In this document: one piece after another, positions 1 through 9,094 of the stretch
Position numbering within the stretch: position 1 is the first letter of the stretch
How the letters are laid out: every line of letters starts with the position of its first letter
Origin: Polyangia bacterium
Lineage (GTDB): Bacteria; Myxococcota_A; Polyangia; JAAYKL01
NCBI GenBank assembly: GCA_050287845.1
Contig: JBNKCR010000027.1
Span: 1 to 60,166 of the forward strand
Direction: 5' to 3'
DNA: 60,166 nt
Translations under genes and position numbers: made by a program
The notes under the pieces: model-generated
What the model was told of the DNA's origin: nothing
Databases searched by the model: none
What the model saw: only the letters and a program-made list of their open reading frames with translations

Positions 1-33
1 GGCGAGGAACTGATTTCGACCGGGATTCCCTAT

Positions 34-1926
34 GTGGGACAGGATTACCCCGACACTTCCGTAGCGGTGGATAATCTGTTTCAGACCACATTCATGCAGC
101 TGGGCAGCGCGTCCCTGCCAAACTGGCAGAACCAACTTTCGGTGCTGGGTAGTCAGCGCCATCTTTCACTTCCAATGGAGCGGGTTCGCGATATTGCCAA
201 CGACAAATTCGGGCGACTTTTTCCGAACGCCACCGGGAGCGCTGAAGTTGTGACCGGCGATGACGGTCAGGTAAGGGTGATTCCGCCCGCACCGCCATCC
301 GTTGCGGTGTCCTCCCTGCCGGAAGTTACCGGGACTGTTCGGCTGCTTTCCATTATTGTGCAGTTTACCGATGCGCCGGCGACGGCCACTCTCGACGAAT
401 ACAAAGCCATGCTGAACGATCCGGACTGGATCAATCAGCAGAGTGTAGGGTCTGTGCGCGGATATTATCAGCAGGTATCCCAGGGGCGACTGGACCTGGA
501 ACATGAAGTGTTTGGCATATTCACCGCACCAAAGACATTTGCCGAATACGATCGCATGGAGTATGCGGCCGGCGCCATGGAAATTCTCGGCTTTGCGCTG
601 GAGCAGATTGAACAGAATGGATTTGATTTTTCAACCCTTTCCACCAAAACCGGTACTTGGACAAGGGGTGAGGTGATTCAGGCCATCAATCTGATTTATA
701 CCGGTGAGGCGGCCGCCTGGGCCGAGGGCATGTGGCATCACCAGGGATGGTATTCTGAGTTCAGTGCCGATGGGGTCGGGACAGAAATGTATGCTACCGG
801 GGATGGAAACGCACCGTTTCAGACGATGGCGACCATCCACGAAGATGGCCACATGCTGTTTGAGTGGCCGGATGTTTATTTTTATAGCGGCGAAGACAAT
901 CCCATTATGGGTTTCTGCATCATGGGAGGCGGTTGGGGCACCCCTCCGCCGAATCCCTATTTCCGAACAGCGGCGGGTTGGAGTGATGTGGTTGATATTA
1001 CGGGACGGGACGGGGTGTGGACCACTGTGGCCAACGACCCCGAAGTGTATAAGTACAATAACCCGTCAAATCCCGCGGAGTATTTTCTGATTGAATCCCG
1101 GGTCCACGAAGAGGGAATGAACGAATATCTGCCGGATGAAGGGTTGACCATCTGGCGGGTGGACGAAAACGGAGACCAGCAGGAAGGTTGGCCCGAAACT
1201 GCACAATCCCATCTGTCGGTAAGCCTGGTGCATGCCAACAATGAGCCGCAGCAGATGGACGGGTCATGCTATCACGCCGGATATAAGACGGAATTCAATG
1301 ATGGAACGACGCCATCAGCGAAATGGTGGAGCGGTGAAGATTCACTGCTTGATATCCATTCCATTTCCGCAGTGGCGGATACCATGACGTTTGTGACCGG
1401 CGAGGGCAGCACGGATGCGGATACGGATACGGATACGGACACTGACACCGACACTGATACAGATACCGACACCGACACTGATACAGATACCGACACCGAT
1501 TCAGACAGTGATACAGACGGTGCGTGTGCGTACGAGTGCCTCGATCACTGTCGCTCGTGGGGTGGAACACAGATGGATGGAACATGCCCGGGGGAGCAGC
1601 GGTGCTGTGATGGCGCCATCGTTCCGGTGGACAGCGATGCAGACACGGCCACTGAAACTGGCGGTGACAGCGATACCGATACAGACAGCGACTCCGACAG
1701 CGACACCGACAGTGACTCAGATTCAGACAGTGATGCGGATTCAGACAGTGATTCCGACACGGATAGCGATGCGGACTCAGACTCAGACTCTGACTCAGAC
1801 TCAGACTCAGACTCTGAAAACGGTTCCGGTGCGGATGACGATGGTTCCGGCACCGGGTCGTGCAGTTGTACTGCAGTCGGCGCAACACCCCGCAATCCAT
1901 CCGGACTGTTGCAGTTACTCTTTTAA
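34..1926 (+). CDS. M6-family (immune inhibitor A-like) zinc metalloprotease with DT/DS linkers and MYXO-CTERM-like tail; likely 5'-partial
   Basis: HEDGH zinc motif followed by WPDVY and CIMGGG Met-turn; EYFLIESR and GLTIWRVDE motifs; C-terminal GSCSCTAVG plus hydrophobic end; frame is open from the window start. Confidence 0.85.
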   Translation: MGQDYPDTSVAVDNLFQTTFMQLGSASLPNWQNQLSVLGSQRHLSLPMERVRDIANDKFGRLFPNATGSAEVVTGDDGQVRVIPPAPPSVAVSSLPEVTGTVRLLSIIVQFTDAPATATLDEYKAMLNDPDWINQQSVGSVRGYYQQVSQGRLDLEHEVFGIFTAPKTFAEYDRMEYAAGAMEILGFALEQIEQNGFDFSTLSTKTGTWTRGEVIQAINLIYTGEAAAWAEGMWHHQGWYSEFSADGVGTEMYATGDGNAPFQTMATIHEDGHMLFEWPDVYFYSGEDNPIMGFCIMGGGWGTPPPNPYFRTAAGWSDVVDITGRDGVWTTVANDPEVYKYNNPSNPAEYFLIESRVHEEGMNEYLPDEGLTIWRVDENGDQQEGWPETAQSHLSVSLVHANNEPQQMDGSCYHAGYKTEFNDGTTPSAKWWSGEDSLLDIHSISAVADTMTFVTGEGSTDADTDTDTDTDTDTDTDTDTDTDTDTDTDSDSDTDGACAYECLDHCRSWGGTQMDGTCPGEQRCCDGAIVPVDSDADTATETGGDSDTDTDSDSDSDTDSDSDSDSDADSDSDSDTDSDADSDSDSDSDSDSDSENGSGADDDGSGTGSCSCTAVGATPRNPSGLLQLLF

Positions 1927-2070
1927 TGACAGGTGTTGACAAGTCCGTATTGGCTATCTCGCGCCAACTTCCTTACCTTGAGCACACTGGATAATACCGG
2001 ATAATACCGGGGCATATCCGGGCATAAAAGAGATATGCGATTTGAGTCGCAATTGCCCTGCGATGGATTC

Positions 2071-2137
2071 CGTCATTGCTGTGTTGGCGGCAATCCAGAT
2101 AGCACAGAACTGAAACTCCGCCTACGCGGAGATGACG
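2071..2137. repeat. degenerate REP-like palindromic element
   Basis: CGTCATTGC..GGCGGCAATCCAG....CTCCGCCTACGCGGAGATGACG resembles the GTCAT...ATCCAG / CCGCCT.CGCGG..ATGAC repeat family; lies between convergent genes. Confidence 0.5.
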
Positions 2138-2266
2138 AATGGCACGTCGTTGATTCGATGTCTATGTGTTTCTGTTTATATTTGTTCGGTTCATTTTTGG
2201 CTTGCAGAGCCTGATGATCTCATGGCGAATGAGATCTGGCTGTGAGACAGCCGGGTCGTGGGGAAA

Positions 2267-3178
2267 TCAGTCGGTGCTGACCATGTTGAGCAGCATCTGG
2301 TAGCGGTGTTCCACTTCATCTCTGGTGATGGCGGCGGTCTGTTCGGTGCCGAAACCCTCGCAGGTGGCCGATGCGGTGGCAGTGCCGAAGATCATGCCTT
2401 TTTTGATGGCGGAGATGGCGGTGCTTTCCTTGCCGGCCAGATATCCGGCCAGACCGCCCACAAAGCTGTCGCCGGCGCCGGTGGGATCGATGACTTCCGG
2501 CAGGGGAATGGCGGGGGCAAAGAAAAGGCTGTCCGGGGTAAACAGATATGCACCGTGCTCCCCGCGTTTGATGATGAGCGCCTTCGGCCCCATGGCCAGT
2601 ATTTTATCGGCTCCCTTGCGGATTTGCAGTTCGCCCGAAAGCTGCACCGCTTCTTCGTCGTTGATGACCAGTAAATCGGTGCGGGCGATAACCTTTTTCA
2701 AATCATCGAGAGCGATGTTCATCCAGAGGTTCATGGTGTCGGTGATGACAAACGGTTTTTCATGTAACCGGTCGAGCACCTGCAACTGTACGCCGGGGTT
2801 GATGTTGCCGAGCAATACAAATTTCGCGCCCTGATAGGCTTCGGGAATCCTGGGGTCAAAGTGCTCGAAAACGCCCAGTTGGGTATCGAGGGTTTCCCGG
2901 GTGGAAAAATCGTCGGCGTATTCTCCGGACCATCGGAAGGTACGACCTTCGGCGTATTCCAGTCCGGTCAAATCCACGCCTTTTTCTTCGAGGGTTTGCA
3001 CATGGGCCGCTGGAAAATCGCCTTTTCCAACCACGGCCACGAGATTCACCGGCGCAAAATGACTGGCGGCCAGAGCGATGTAGGTGGCAGAGCCCCCCAG
3101 GATTTCATCCCGTTTTCCGGCGCGGGTTTTCAGGGTATCAAATGCGACGCTACCCACCGTAAGCAGTTTTCCTGTCAT
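2267..3178 (-). CDS. PfkB-family carbohydrate/nucleoside kinase
   Basis: VGSVAFD N-terminus, GGSATY, DPTGAGDSFVGG signature; start overlaps the upstream stop (ATGA). Confidence 0.92.
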   Translation of the reverse strand: MTGKLLTVGSVAFDTLKTRAGKRDEILGGSATYIALAASHFAPVNLVAVVGKGDFPAAHVQTLEEKGVDLTGLEYAEGRTFRWSGEYADDFSTRETLDTQLGVFEHFDPRIPEAYQGAKFVLLGNINPGVQLQVLDRLHEKPFVITDTMNLWMNIALDDLKKVIARTDLLVINDEEAVQLSGELQIRKGADKILAMGPKALIIKRGEHGAYLFTPDSLFFAPAIPLPEVIDPTGAGDSFVGGLAGYLAGKESTAISAIKKGMIFGTATASATCEGFGTEQTAAITRDEVEHRYQMLLNMVSTD

Positions 3179-4035
3179 AGCACCCTCCCGAAAATTGGCG
3201 CCAGTGTTTCTTTTATGGCCGATGGAATTTTGTTTCTGTCGGACATTACAGCGCCTGCCAGTGCGGCGGGACATGCGCAGCCCCGGTGAAGCGTGTTGAG
3301 ACGTCCAGCAACTTCGACGATCATTTTTCGGGCTTTTTCCACATTACTTCGGAATGTGGCCAGCACCGCATCCACGCTCACATCTTCTTCGCCTTCCCGC
3401 CAGCAATCGTAGTCCGTGGACAGGGCGAGGGTGGCGTAGCAGAGTTCTGCTTCTCTGGCCAGTTTGGCTTCGGGCATGGCCGTCATACCAATGATGTCCG
3501 CATTCCATTGACGGTGCAGGTGTGATTCTGCGCGGGTGGAAAATGCGGGGCCTTCCATGACGACCAGGGTGGCATTGTCGTGGACGTTGAAATTCCGGGC
3601 TCTGGCGGTATCGCAGAGCAGCGTGCTCAGTTCGGGACAGACGGGATCTGCGAACATCACGTGGCCCACAATGCCGTTGCCGAAAAAGGTGGCCGGTCTC
3701 CCGTGGGTTTTGTCAATGTATTGTCGGGTCACCACGAGATCGCCGGGCCTGATTTCCTCTTTCAGGCTGCCCACCGCCGAGATGCTGAGCAGATGGGTGG
3801 CCCCCAGCGCCTTCAGGGCAAACACATTGGCCCGGTAGTTCACTTCGGACGGCAGATACACATGGCCCTCGCCATGCCGGGCGATAAACAACAGCTTTGT
3901 TTCGCCAATGCGGCCTTCAACAATATCTGAAGAGGGCGCTCCGAAGGGCGTGGTCACCTGATGGACGGTGACATCTTCGAGCTCCGGCACGCTGTACAGG
4001 CCGGAACCGCCGATGATTGCAAGTACGTTACTCAT
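3175..4035 (-). CDS. mtnP: S-methyl-5'-thioadenosine phosphorylase
   Basis: IIGGSGLY, ARHGEGH, SAVGSL, EGPAFSTRAES, GMTAMPEAKLARE, TDYDCW motifs. Confidence 0.93.
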   Translation of the reverse strand: MSNVLAIIGGSGLYSVPELEDVTVHQVTTPFGAPSSDIVEGRIGETKLLFIARHGEGHVYLPSEVNYRANVFALKALGATHLLSISAVGSLKEEIRPGDLVVTRQYIDKTHGRPATFFGNGIVGHVMFADPVCPELSTLLCDTARARNFNVHDNATLVVMEGPAFSTRAESHLHRQWNADIIGMTAMPEAKLAREAELCYATLALSTDYDCWREGEEDVSVDAVLATFRSNVEKARKMIVEVAGRLNTLHRGCACPAALAGAVMSDRNKIPSAIKETLAPIFGRVL

Positions 4036-4113
4036 ATTTCTTTCCTCCGAGTCGTATGGTGTTCTGACTGATTACGGTATTGGGTAACCCATTCGAATGA
4101 TTTTTTTATCGGA

Positions 4114-5073
4114 TCAACGCAGATTGCGGTCCTCCGCAAGGGATGACGCTGGCCCGGTTTCCGGTTTGGTCAAATCAATGACCACGTGTTTCAGATTTTC
4201 CTCATAAAGGGAGACCGGATATTTTTTCTGCAGTCCGGCAAGGGCGGTTTCAACGCTGTCTTTGTGGGTCTGCCGTTGCACGAGCTTGATGATTCGTTCC
4301 CTGGCATCTTCAAATTGCAGGTTGATGGCTTTGCGGTAGCCGGTTCGCATCAGAATGTGAAATCCGGCTTCGGTTTCCACGAGATAGGGATAAATGTCAC
4401 CGTTGGCCTGAATCTGAAAGGCGGCGGTGATGAGCGCCGGGCTGACATCGCTGTCGGTATCGTTTCGGCTGATGAATGTTAAATCACCGCCCTGGGACGC
4501 GGTCTGTTCGTCTTCGCTCATTTCCCGGGCATATTGCCGGAATTGGTACTGGCTGACATTTTCTTTTTTTAACCTGCTCAACAGCCCCTGGGCCTTTTTG
4601 CGGTCCGAAATGAGAATATGGCGAACGCGGATTCTCTCCGGCTTGTTGTATTTGCTGTAATTTTTATCGTAATACGCACGGAGGGCTTCTTCAGTGGGAG
4701 GGGTTTCTTCGATACTGTCCGCCAGGGTCCGGTGCATGAGCGTTGCGAGGCGATTTTTTTTCACGGTAATCACTTCGGGATTCCTGTCGTACCCCCGGCG
4801 TCGGGCTTCAGCGGCCAGCAGGTTCATGTTGATCAGCTTTTCGAGCAGCTCCTGCTGTTTCGCCTCGCTTTTCAGGACTTCTTTCTGGGCGGCGGGGTTC
4901 TGGGCCGAAGCCACATCCAGGAAGTCTCCAATGGTGATTTGAAAGCCTTTTCCGCTGGCCAGCAGCACGTCCTTGGGATTGTTGTCCGGCGCGCTGTCGG
5001 CCAACAGGGGTGAAAGCGATAAGGCCACGATGCCCGCGCAGGTTATGATGACAGATGTTTTTAAAAGAGTCAT
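4114..5073 (-). CDS. exported PpiC/parvulin-type peptidyl-prolyl isomerase
   Basis: signal peptide MTLLKTSVIITCAGIVALSL; RVRHILI, SEDEQTASQGGDL, ETEAGFHIL. Confidence 0.88.
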   Translation of the reverse strand: MTLLKTSVIITCAGIVALSLSPLLADSAPDNNPKDVLLASGKGFQITIGDFLDVASAQNPAAQKEVLKSEAKQQELLEKLINMNLLAAEARRRGYDRNPEVITVKKNRLATLMHRTLADSIEETPPTEEALRAYYDKNYSKYNKPERIRVRHILISDRKKAQGLLSRLKKENVSQYQFRQYAREMSEDEQTASQGGDLTFISRNDTDSDVSPALITAAFQIQANGDIYPYLVETEAGFHILMRTGYRKAINLQFEDARERIIKLVQRQTHKDSVETALAGLQKKYPVSLYEENLKHVVIDLTKPETGPASSLAEDRNLR

Positions 5074-5249
5074 GAATACACCAATGTTTGAATCTCTGAA
5101 ATCCAGGGCGACATACTGGCACAGGGGACGATGTTCGGTCAAGGTCTCTGTGCCTTCGGGGCGCGCGACAAAAAAGCAGGCATACGCCGGAAAATATGGT
5201 AACAACTTTCGCCGTCATCGGTGTTCAATCAGACAGGAGGCGAAACACA

Positions 5250-5738
5250 GTGGCGATAGATGTGGAAGGCTACTACACCCGGTATGGACCAATGGTATTG
5301 CGCCGATGCCGTCACCTGCTCAAGAGCGAGGAGTCGGCGGTGGATGCGATGCAGGATACGTTTGTTCAGTTGCTGAGGTACAGCGATCGTCTTGACGACG
5401 AGGCGCCTTCCAGTCTTTTGTATCGTATGGCTACCAATGTTTGTCTCAACAGGCTCAGGTCTGCAGGCCGGCGTCGCGAGGACCCGGACTCGGATTTGTT
5501 GCACCGAATTGCGTGCGCGGAGGTGCCAGAGGAAAGATTTATTGCCGCCAATCTGATGGGGCGACTTTTTTCAAGGCACCGGGAATCCACACGCACCATT
5601 GCCGTTCTTCATCTGCTGGACGGCATGACGTTGCAGGAAGTGGCCGACGAAGTGGGCATGAGCGTGTCCGGGGTGCGCAAGCGTCTCAGACCACTCCGGG
5701 CACAACTGGAGGCACTTCAAAGGAGTACGCTGGAATGA
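5250..5738 (+). CDS. ECF-type RNA polymerase sigma factor
   Basis: GGAGG RBS before GTG; DAMQDTF, LYRMATNVCLNRLR (region 2), MTLQEVADEVGMSVSGVRKRL (region 4). Confidence 0.9.
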   Translation: MAIDVEGYYTRYGPMVLRRCRHLLKSEESAVDAMQDTFVQLLRYSDRLDDEAPSSLLYRMATNVCLNRLRSAGRRREDPDSDLLHRIACAEVPEERFIAANLMGRLFSRHRESTRTIAVLHLLDGMTLQEVADEVGMSVSGVRKRLRPLRAQLEALQRSTLE

Positions 5739-6550
5739 CGCAGCCAACCAGAACACCGGAATTATTCGTCGAAAAACTGGCTCAGGGCGAATTGAGCGAA
5801 TCACAGGCCCGTGAGGTGAAAGAAAGACTGGCGAGGGAGTCGGGGGAGAATAGACTCGAAGGGCTGCACCGGTCCGATGCGGACATTCTGGCCGAGTATT
5901 CGCCGGTGCAGATGGCGGCTTCCATCCGGGGACGGTTTGAGATGGCACAGGCCGCGCGGCGTCGGAAGATGTCCCTGATGCTGTTGCCGGCGTCGGCGGC
6001 GATTGCCGCAGCTGCGGCGCTGCTGTTTATTGTGATGCCGCTCAGTCAGCACCATGGGACCGAAGTGATTCCCGGTGTGACGCCGGGGGGCGCGGTGGAC
6101 GGGGGCGGCGATTACGTGGGGATTAAGTCCGGCGGACCGGTGCTGGCGGTGGGGAAAAAGAGTCCCGGAGGGCAGGAGTGGCTGCAATCCGGCGCCGAGG
6201 TGCGGGAAGGCGATGAGCTGCAGCTGAAGTTTCAGTCCGCCATGGCCCGTCATCTGGTGATCTGCTCGGTGGATGGACGGGGTGGGGTGACGGTTCATTT
6301 TCCGGAAGCGGAAGGGGAAACCACTGCGGTGACCCCGGGCGCGGAACAGACAATGCCCTACGGATACACCCTTGATGATGCACCGGCATTTGAACGGTTC
6401 TTTGTGGTGTGGTCTGAAGATGCGAATACCCCGATTTCGGTGGATGCCGTTCGCAGGGCCGTACGGGAGATGAAGCATCCGGAAACGGACACGCTGAATC
6501 TGGGCCGGCAGTTAAAAGTGAAAGACATGATTCTCAAAAAAGCGAAGTAA
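5735..6550 (+). CDS. ActD-like membrane-anchored putative anti-sigma factor with C-terminal DUF4384-like domain
   Basis: start overlaps sigma stop; N-terminal ELFVEKLAQGEL, one TM helix, GDELQL..SVDGRGGVTVHFP..TLDDAPAFERFF. Confidence 0.75.
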   Translation: MTQPTRTPELFVEKLAQGELSESQAREVKERLARESGENRLEGLHRSDADILAEYSPVQMAASIRGRFEMAQAARRRKMSLMLLPASAAIAAAAALLFIVMPLSQHHGTEVIPGVTPGGAVDGGGDYVGIKSGGPVLAVGKKSPGGQEWLQSGAEVREGDELQLKFQSAMARHLVICSVDGRGGVTVHFPEAEGETTAVTPGAEQTMPYGYTLDDAPAFERFFVVWSEDANTPISVDAVRRAVREMKHPETDTLNLGRQLKVKDMILKKAK

Positions 6551-6566
6551 CAGACAGACGGGTGAA

Positions 6567-8540
6567 GTGGCCATGCAACGCAACTTATTCCTTCATGCGC
6601 TGATGATTCTGCTGTGGGGCATTATTGGACTCCGGACGGGAAGTCTGTTGGCCGATGAGCCCGCCAGGGTGCGCCGATTTGCACTGATTGCCGGTGCGAA
6701 CAGCGGCGGTTCAGAGCGCATTGTGCTTCGCTATGCCGAAAGTGACGCCCGGGCATTTGCCGGAGTGCTTCATGAAATCGGCGGCGTACACAAACAGGAC
6801 GAACTGCTTATTCTGGAATCCAGCCGGGATGCCCTGCTGGATGGGCTGCACCGGATGCGGTCGCGGCTGGCGCAGGCGGCAGACCGGCAGACCCGGTTGG
6901 AACTGATATTTTATTATTCGGGCCACTCCGATGAACGGGGGCTGTTGCTGGGAGAAGATATTCTGACTTTTGCCGAACTCAAACAGGAGCTGAACGGGTT
7001 GCCCGCCCGGGTGAAAATCGGCATCCTCGATTCCTGTGCATCCGGTGCGCTGGTGAGACTCAAGGGCGGCCATCGCACCGCGCCATTTCTGATTGACGAT
7101 TCCACCGAGGTTCGGGGCTACGCGTTTTTAACGTCGAGTTCCGCCGACGAGAACGCGCAGGAGTCTGAGCGAATCGGCGCCTCGTATTTCACCCACTATC
7201 TGATTTCCGGGATGCGGGGAGCAGCGGACAATAATCGGGATGGTCGGGTCACCCTGAACGAGTCATATGCCTATGCATTCGATGAGACCCTCAATCGTAC
7301 CGTTGCCTCCCGGGGCGGAGCCCAGCATCCCAATTACGATTTTCAGCTGGCAGGCGCGGGAGATCTGGTGCTCACGGATTTGCGCAGTACCGATGCGGTG
7401 ATTGCCCTGGCGCCCGGTCTGGTGGGACGGGTGTTTGTGCGCGATATGAACGGTCGACTTGTGGCGGAAATCAACAAGACCACGCAGCGTAAGGTGCAGA
7501 TTGCCCTGCCCAGAGGGCGTTACAATGTGTCGGTGGAATCGGGTGGGGAGCTGCGAAGCGGCATCGTTCGATTGCAACCGGGCGCTGAAACCGGGGTGAG
7601 CGGATTGCAGCTGACGGTTGTGGAGAAGAAAGGTCCTGCAGGGAGCAAGGGCAGCGGGGGCTTCGGTGATGATGTGATTCGACGGAAGTTCGGGGCAACG
7701 GTGTTTGCCGATGTGTCAACCAATCCCCCCGGAAAAGTGGAAAACAGACTGGCGGCCAATGTGATTGGTTCCGGATATTCCCTGCGCGGCGGCGAGGTGG
7801 GGCTGGTGCGCAATAAGCGGGACTACAGTGTGCGCGGCATTCAACACGCATTGCTGATGAATCAGACCCTTCATTTGCGGGGTATTCAGCTGGGGGCTCT
7901 TAATGTGGCCAGCGGTGATGTGGCAGGGGTCCAGCAGGGATACATCAATCTGGCGGGCCATTTCGAAAAAGGGATGCAGTTGGGCGTGTTCAACGCCACC
8001 AATGAAAAAAGCGACGCGTATCAGCTGGGGGTCATCAACTACATGCCCGATGGCCAGTTGTCCTTTGGTGCCTGGACCACGGATACGGCATTGTTCAACT
8101 TTGGCGTGAAACTGGGGGGACGACATACCTTCAGCAAGTTCACGGTGGGCACCCGCGCGTACTCAGCGGAGAACTGGGTGTCGCTGGGGTATGGATTCGG
8201 GTTTCACTTTGAGCTGAAGAATGCACCGCTCTGGCTGGAGCCGGATGTGTCGTTCAACTGGCTGATGGGAAACTGGCACGATATGGATAACGGTGATTTT
8301 CTGTTTCGGTACAACCTGGCATTCGGCGTGCGTCTGTACAATAGCTTTTCGTTTTTTGTCGGCCCGCTCATCAACTTCCTGCTGTCGGAAAATCGGTCTA
8401 CCGTGGCGGTGGCGCCGGCGCTGAAAAAAGGCAGAATGTCTGAATACAACTACGAAATCTCCCCCGGATTCTTTGCCGGCTTCCAGATAGAACCCAGAAT
8501 GGGACGCTTCAACACCTGGAAGGGCAACCTCGACGATTGA
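6567..8540 (+). CDS. exported caspase-family (peptidase C14) protein with C-terminal repeat/beta-rich region
   Basis: signal peptide; LRYAESDA, FYYSGH (His), ILDSCASG (Cys), YFTHYLISGMRGAAD; GxQxGxxN repeats, then aromatic beta strands. Confidence 0.88.
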   Translation: MAMQRNLFLHALMILLWGIIGLRTGSLLADEPARVRRFALIAGANSGGSERIVLRYAESDARAFAGVLHEIGGVHKQDELLILESSRDALLDGLHRMRSRLAQAADRQTRLELIFYYSGHSDERGLLLGEDILTFAELKQELNGLPARVKIGILDSCASGALVRLKGGHRTAPFLIDDSTEVRGYAFLTSSSADENAQESERIGASYFTHYLISGMRGAADNNRDGRVTLNESYAYAFDETLNRTVASRGGAQHPNYDFQLAGAGDLVLTDLRSTDAVIALAPGLVGRVFVRDMNGRLVAEINKTTQRKVQIALPRGRYNVSVESGGELRSGIVRLQPGAETGVSGLQLTVVEKKGPAGSKGSGGFGDDVIRRKFGATVFADVSTNPPGKVENRLAANVIGSGYSLRGGEVGLVRNKRDYSVRGIQHALLMNQTLHLRGIQLGALNVASGDVAGVQQGYINLAGHFEKGMQLGVFNATNEKSDAYQLGVINYMPDGQLSFGAWTTDTALFNFGVKLGGRHTFSKFTVGTRAYSAENWVSLGYGFGFHFELKNAPLWLEPDVSFNWLMGNWHDMDNGDFLFRYNLAFGVRLYNSFSFFVGPLINFLLSENRSTVAVAPALKKGRMSEYNYEISPGFFAGFQIEPRMGRFNTWKGNLDD

Positions 8541-8555
8541 CGCGCGAGGTGTTTT

Positions 8556-9041
8556 TCAGCCCACCAATCCGCTTTCGATTTTGGATTTCAGGAATAACAG
8601 GCGTTCCCGATGTTCGGGGAAGGTCCGGATGGCGGTTTCCACCTGCTGGATGGCGTCTTCGGTTCGTCCGGCCCGGGCCAGGGTAACCGCCAGATCCCAG
8701 TACGGGTCGAAATACCCCGGTGATGCCGAAATGGCTTTGCGAATGTGCCCCACGCCTTCATCCACCCTGCCGCAGGCCGCCAGCGACAGCCCGAGCCCCT
8801 TGAGCGCATAGGCATGATTGGGTTTGATGCGCAGTGCCGCTTCGCAGCAGCGGATGGATGCTTCGGGTTTTTTTAGAAAGTATTGCACGTATCCCATCAA
8901 ATCCAGAGATTTGAGGTGGTCGGGCTCCAGGGAAAGCAGTTGCTCCAGGATGGTGGCTGCCTGTTTCAGGGCGCCGGCTTTTGCGTGTTGCAGCGCGGCG
9001 CCGTACAGGCTGGAAACATATTCGTTGTCGTGGGCCATCAT
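8556..9041 (-). CDS. tetratricopeptide repeat protein
   Basis: about four TPR units (e.g. ALRIKPNHAYALKGLGLSLA, AISASPGYFDPYWDLAVTLA). Confidence 0.85.
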   Translation of the reverse strand: MMAHDNEYVSSLYGAALQHAKAGALKQAATILEQLLSLEPDHLKSLDLMGYVQYFLKKPEASIRCCEAALRIKPNHAYALKGLGLSLAACGRVDEGVGHIRKAISASPGYFDPYWDLAVTLARAGRTEDAIQQVETAIRTFPEHRERLLFLKSKIESGLVG

Positions 9042-9094
9042 TGACAGTCATCCTCCCCATTTCTGCGGCGCCGGGCAGTCATCGCCGTGTCCTG

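Noticed and set aside
1936..2030. sigma70 promoter or small RNA after the protease gene
   Set aside because: TTGACA has no properly spaced -10; the short GGATAATACC duplication alone is insufficient
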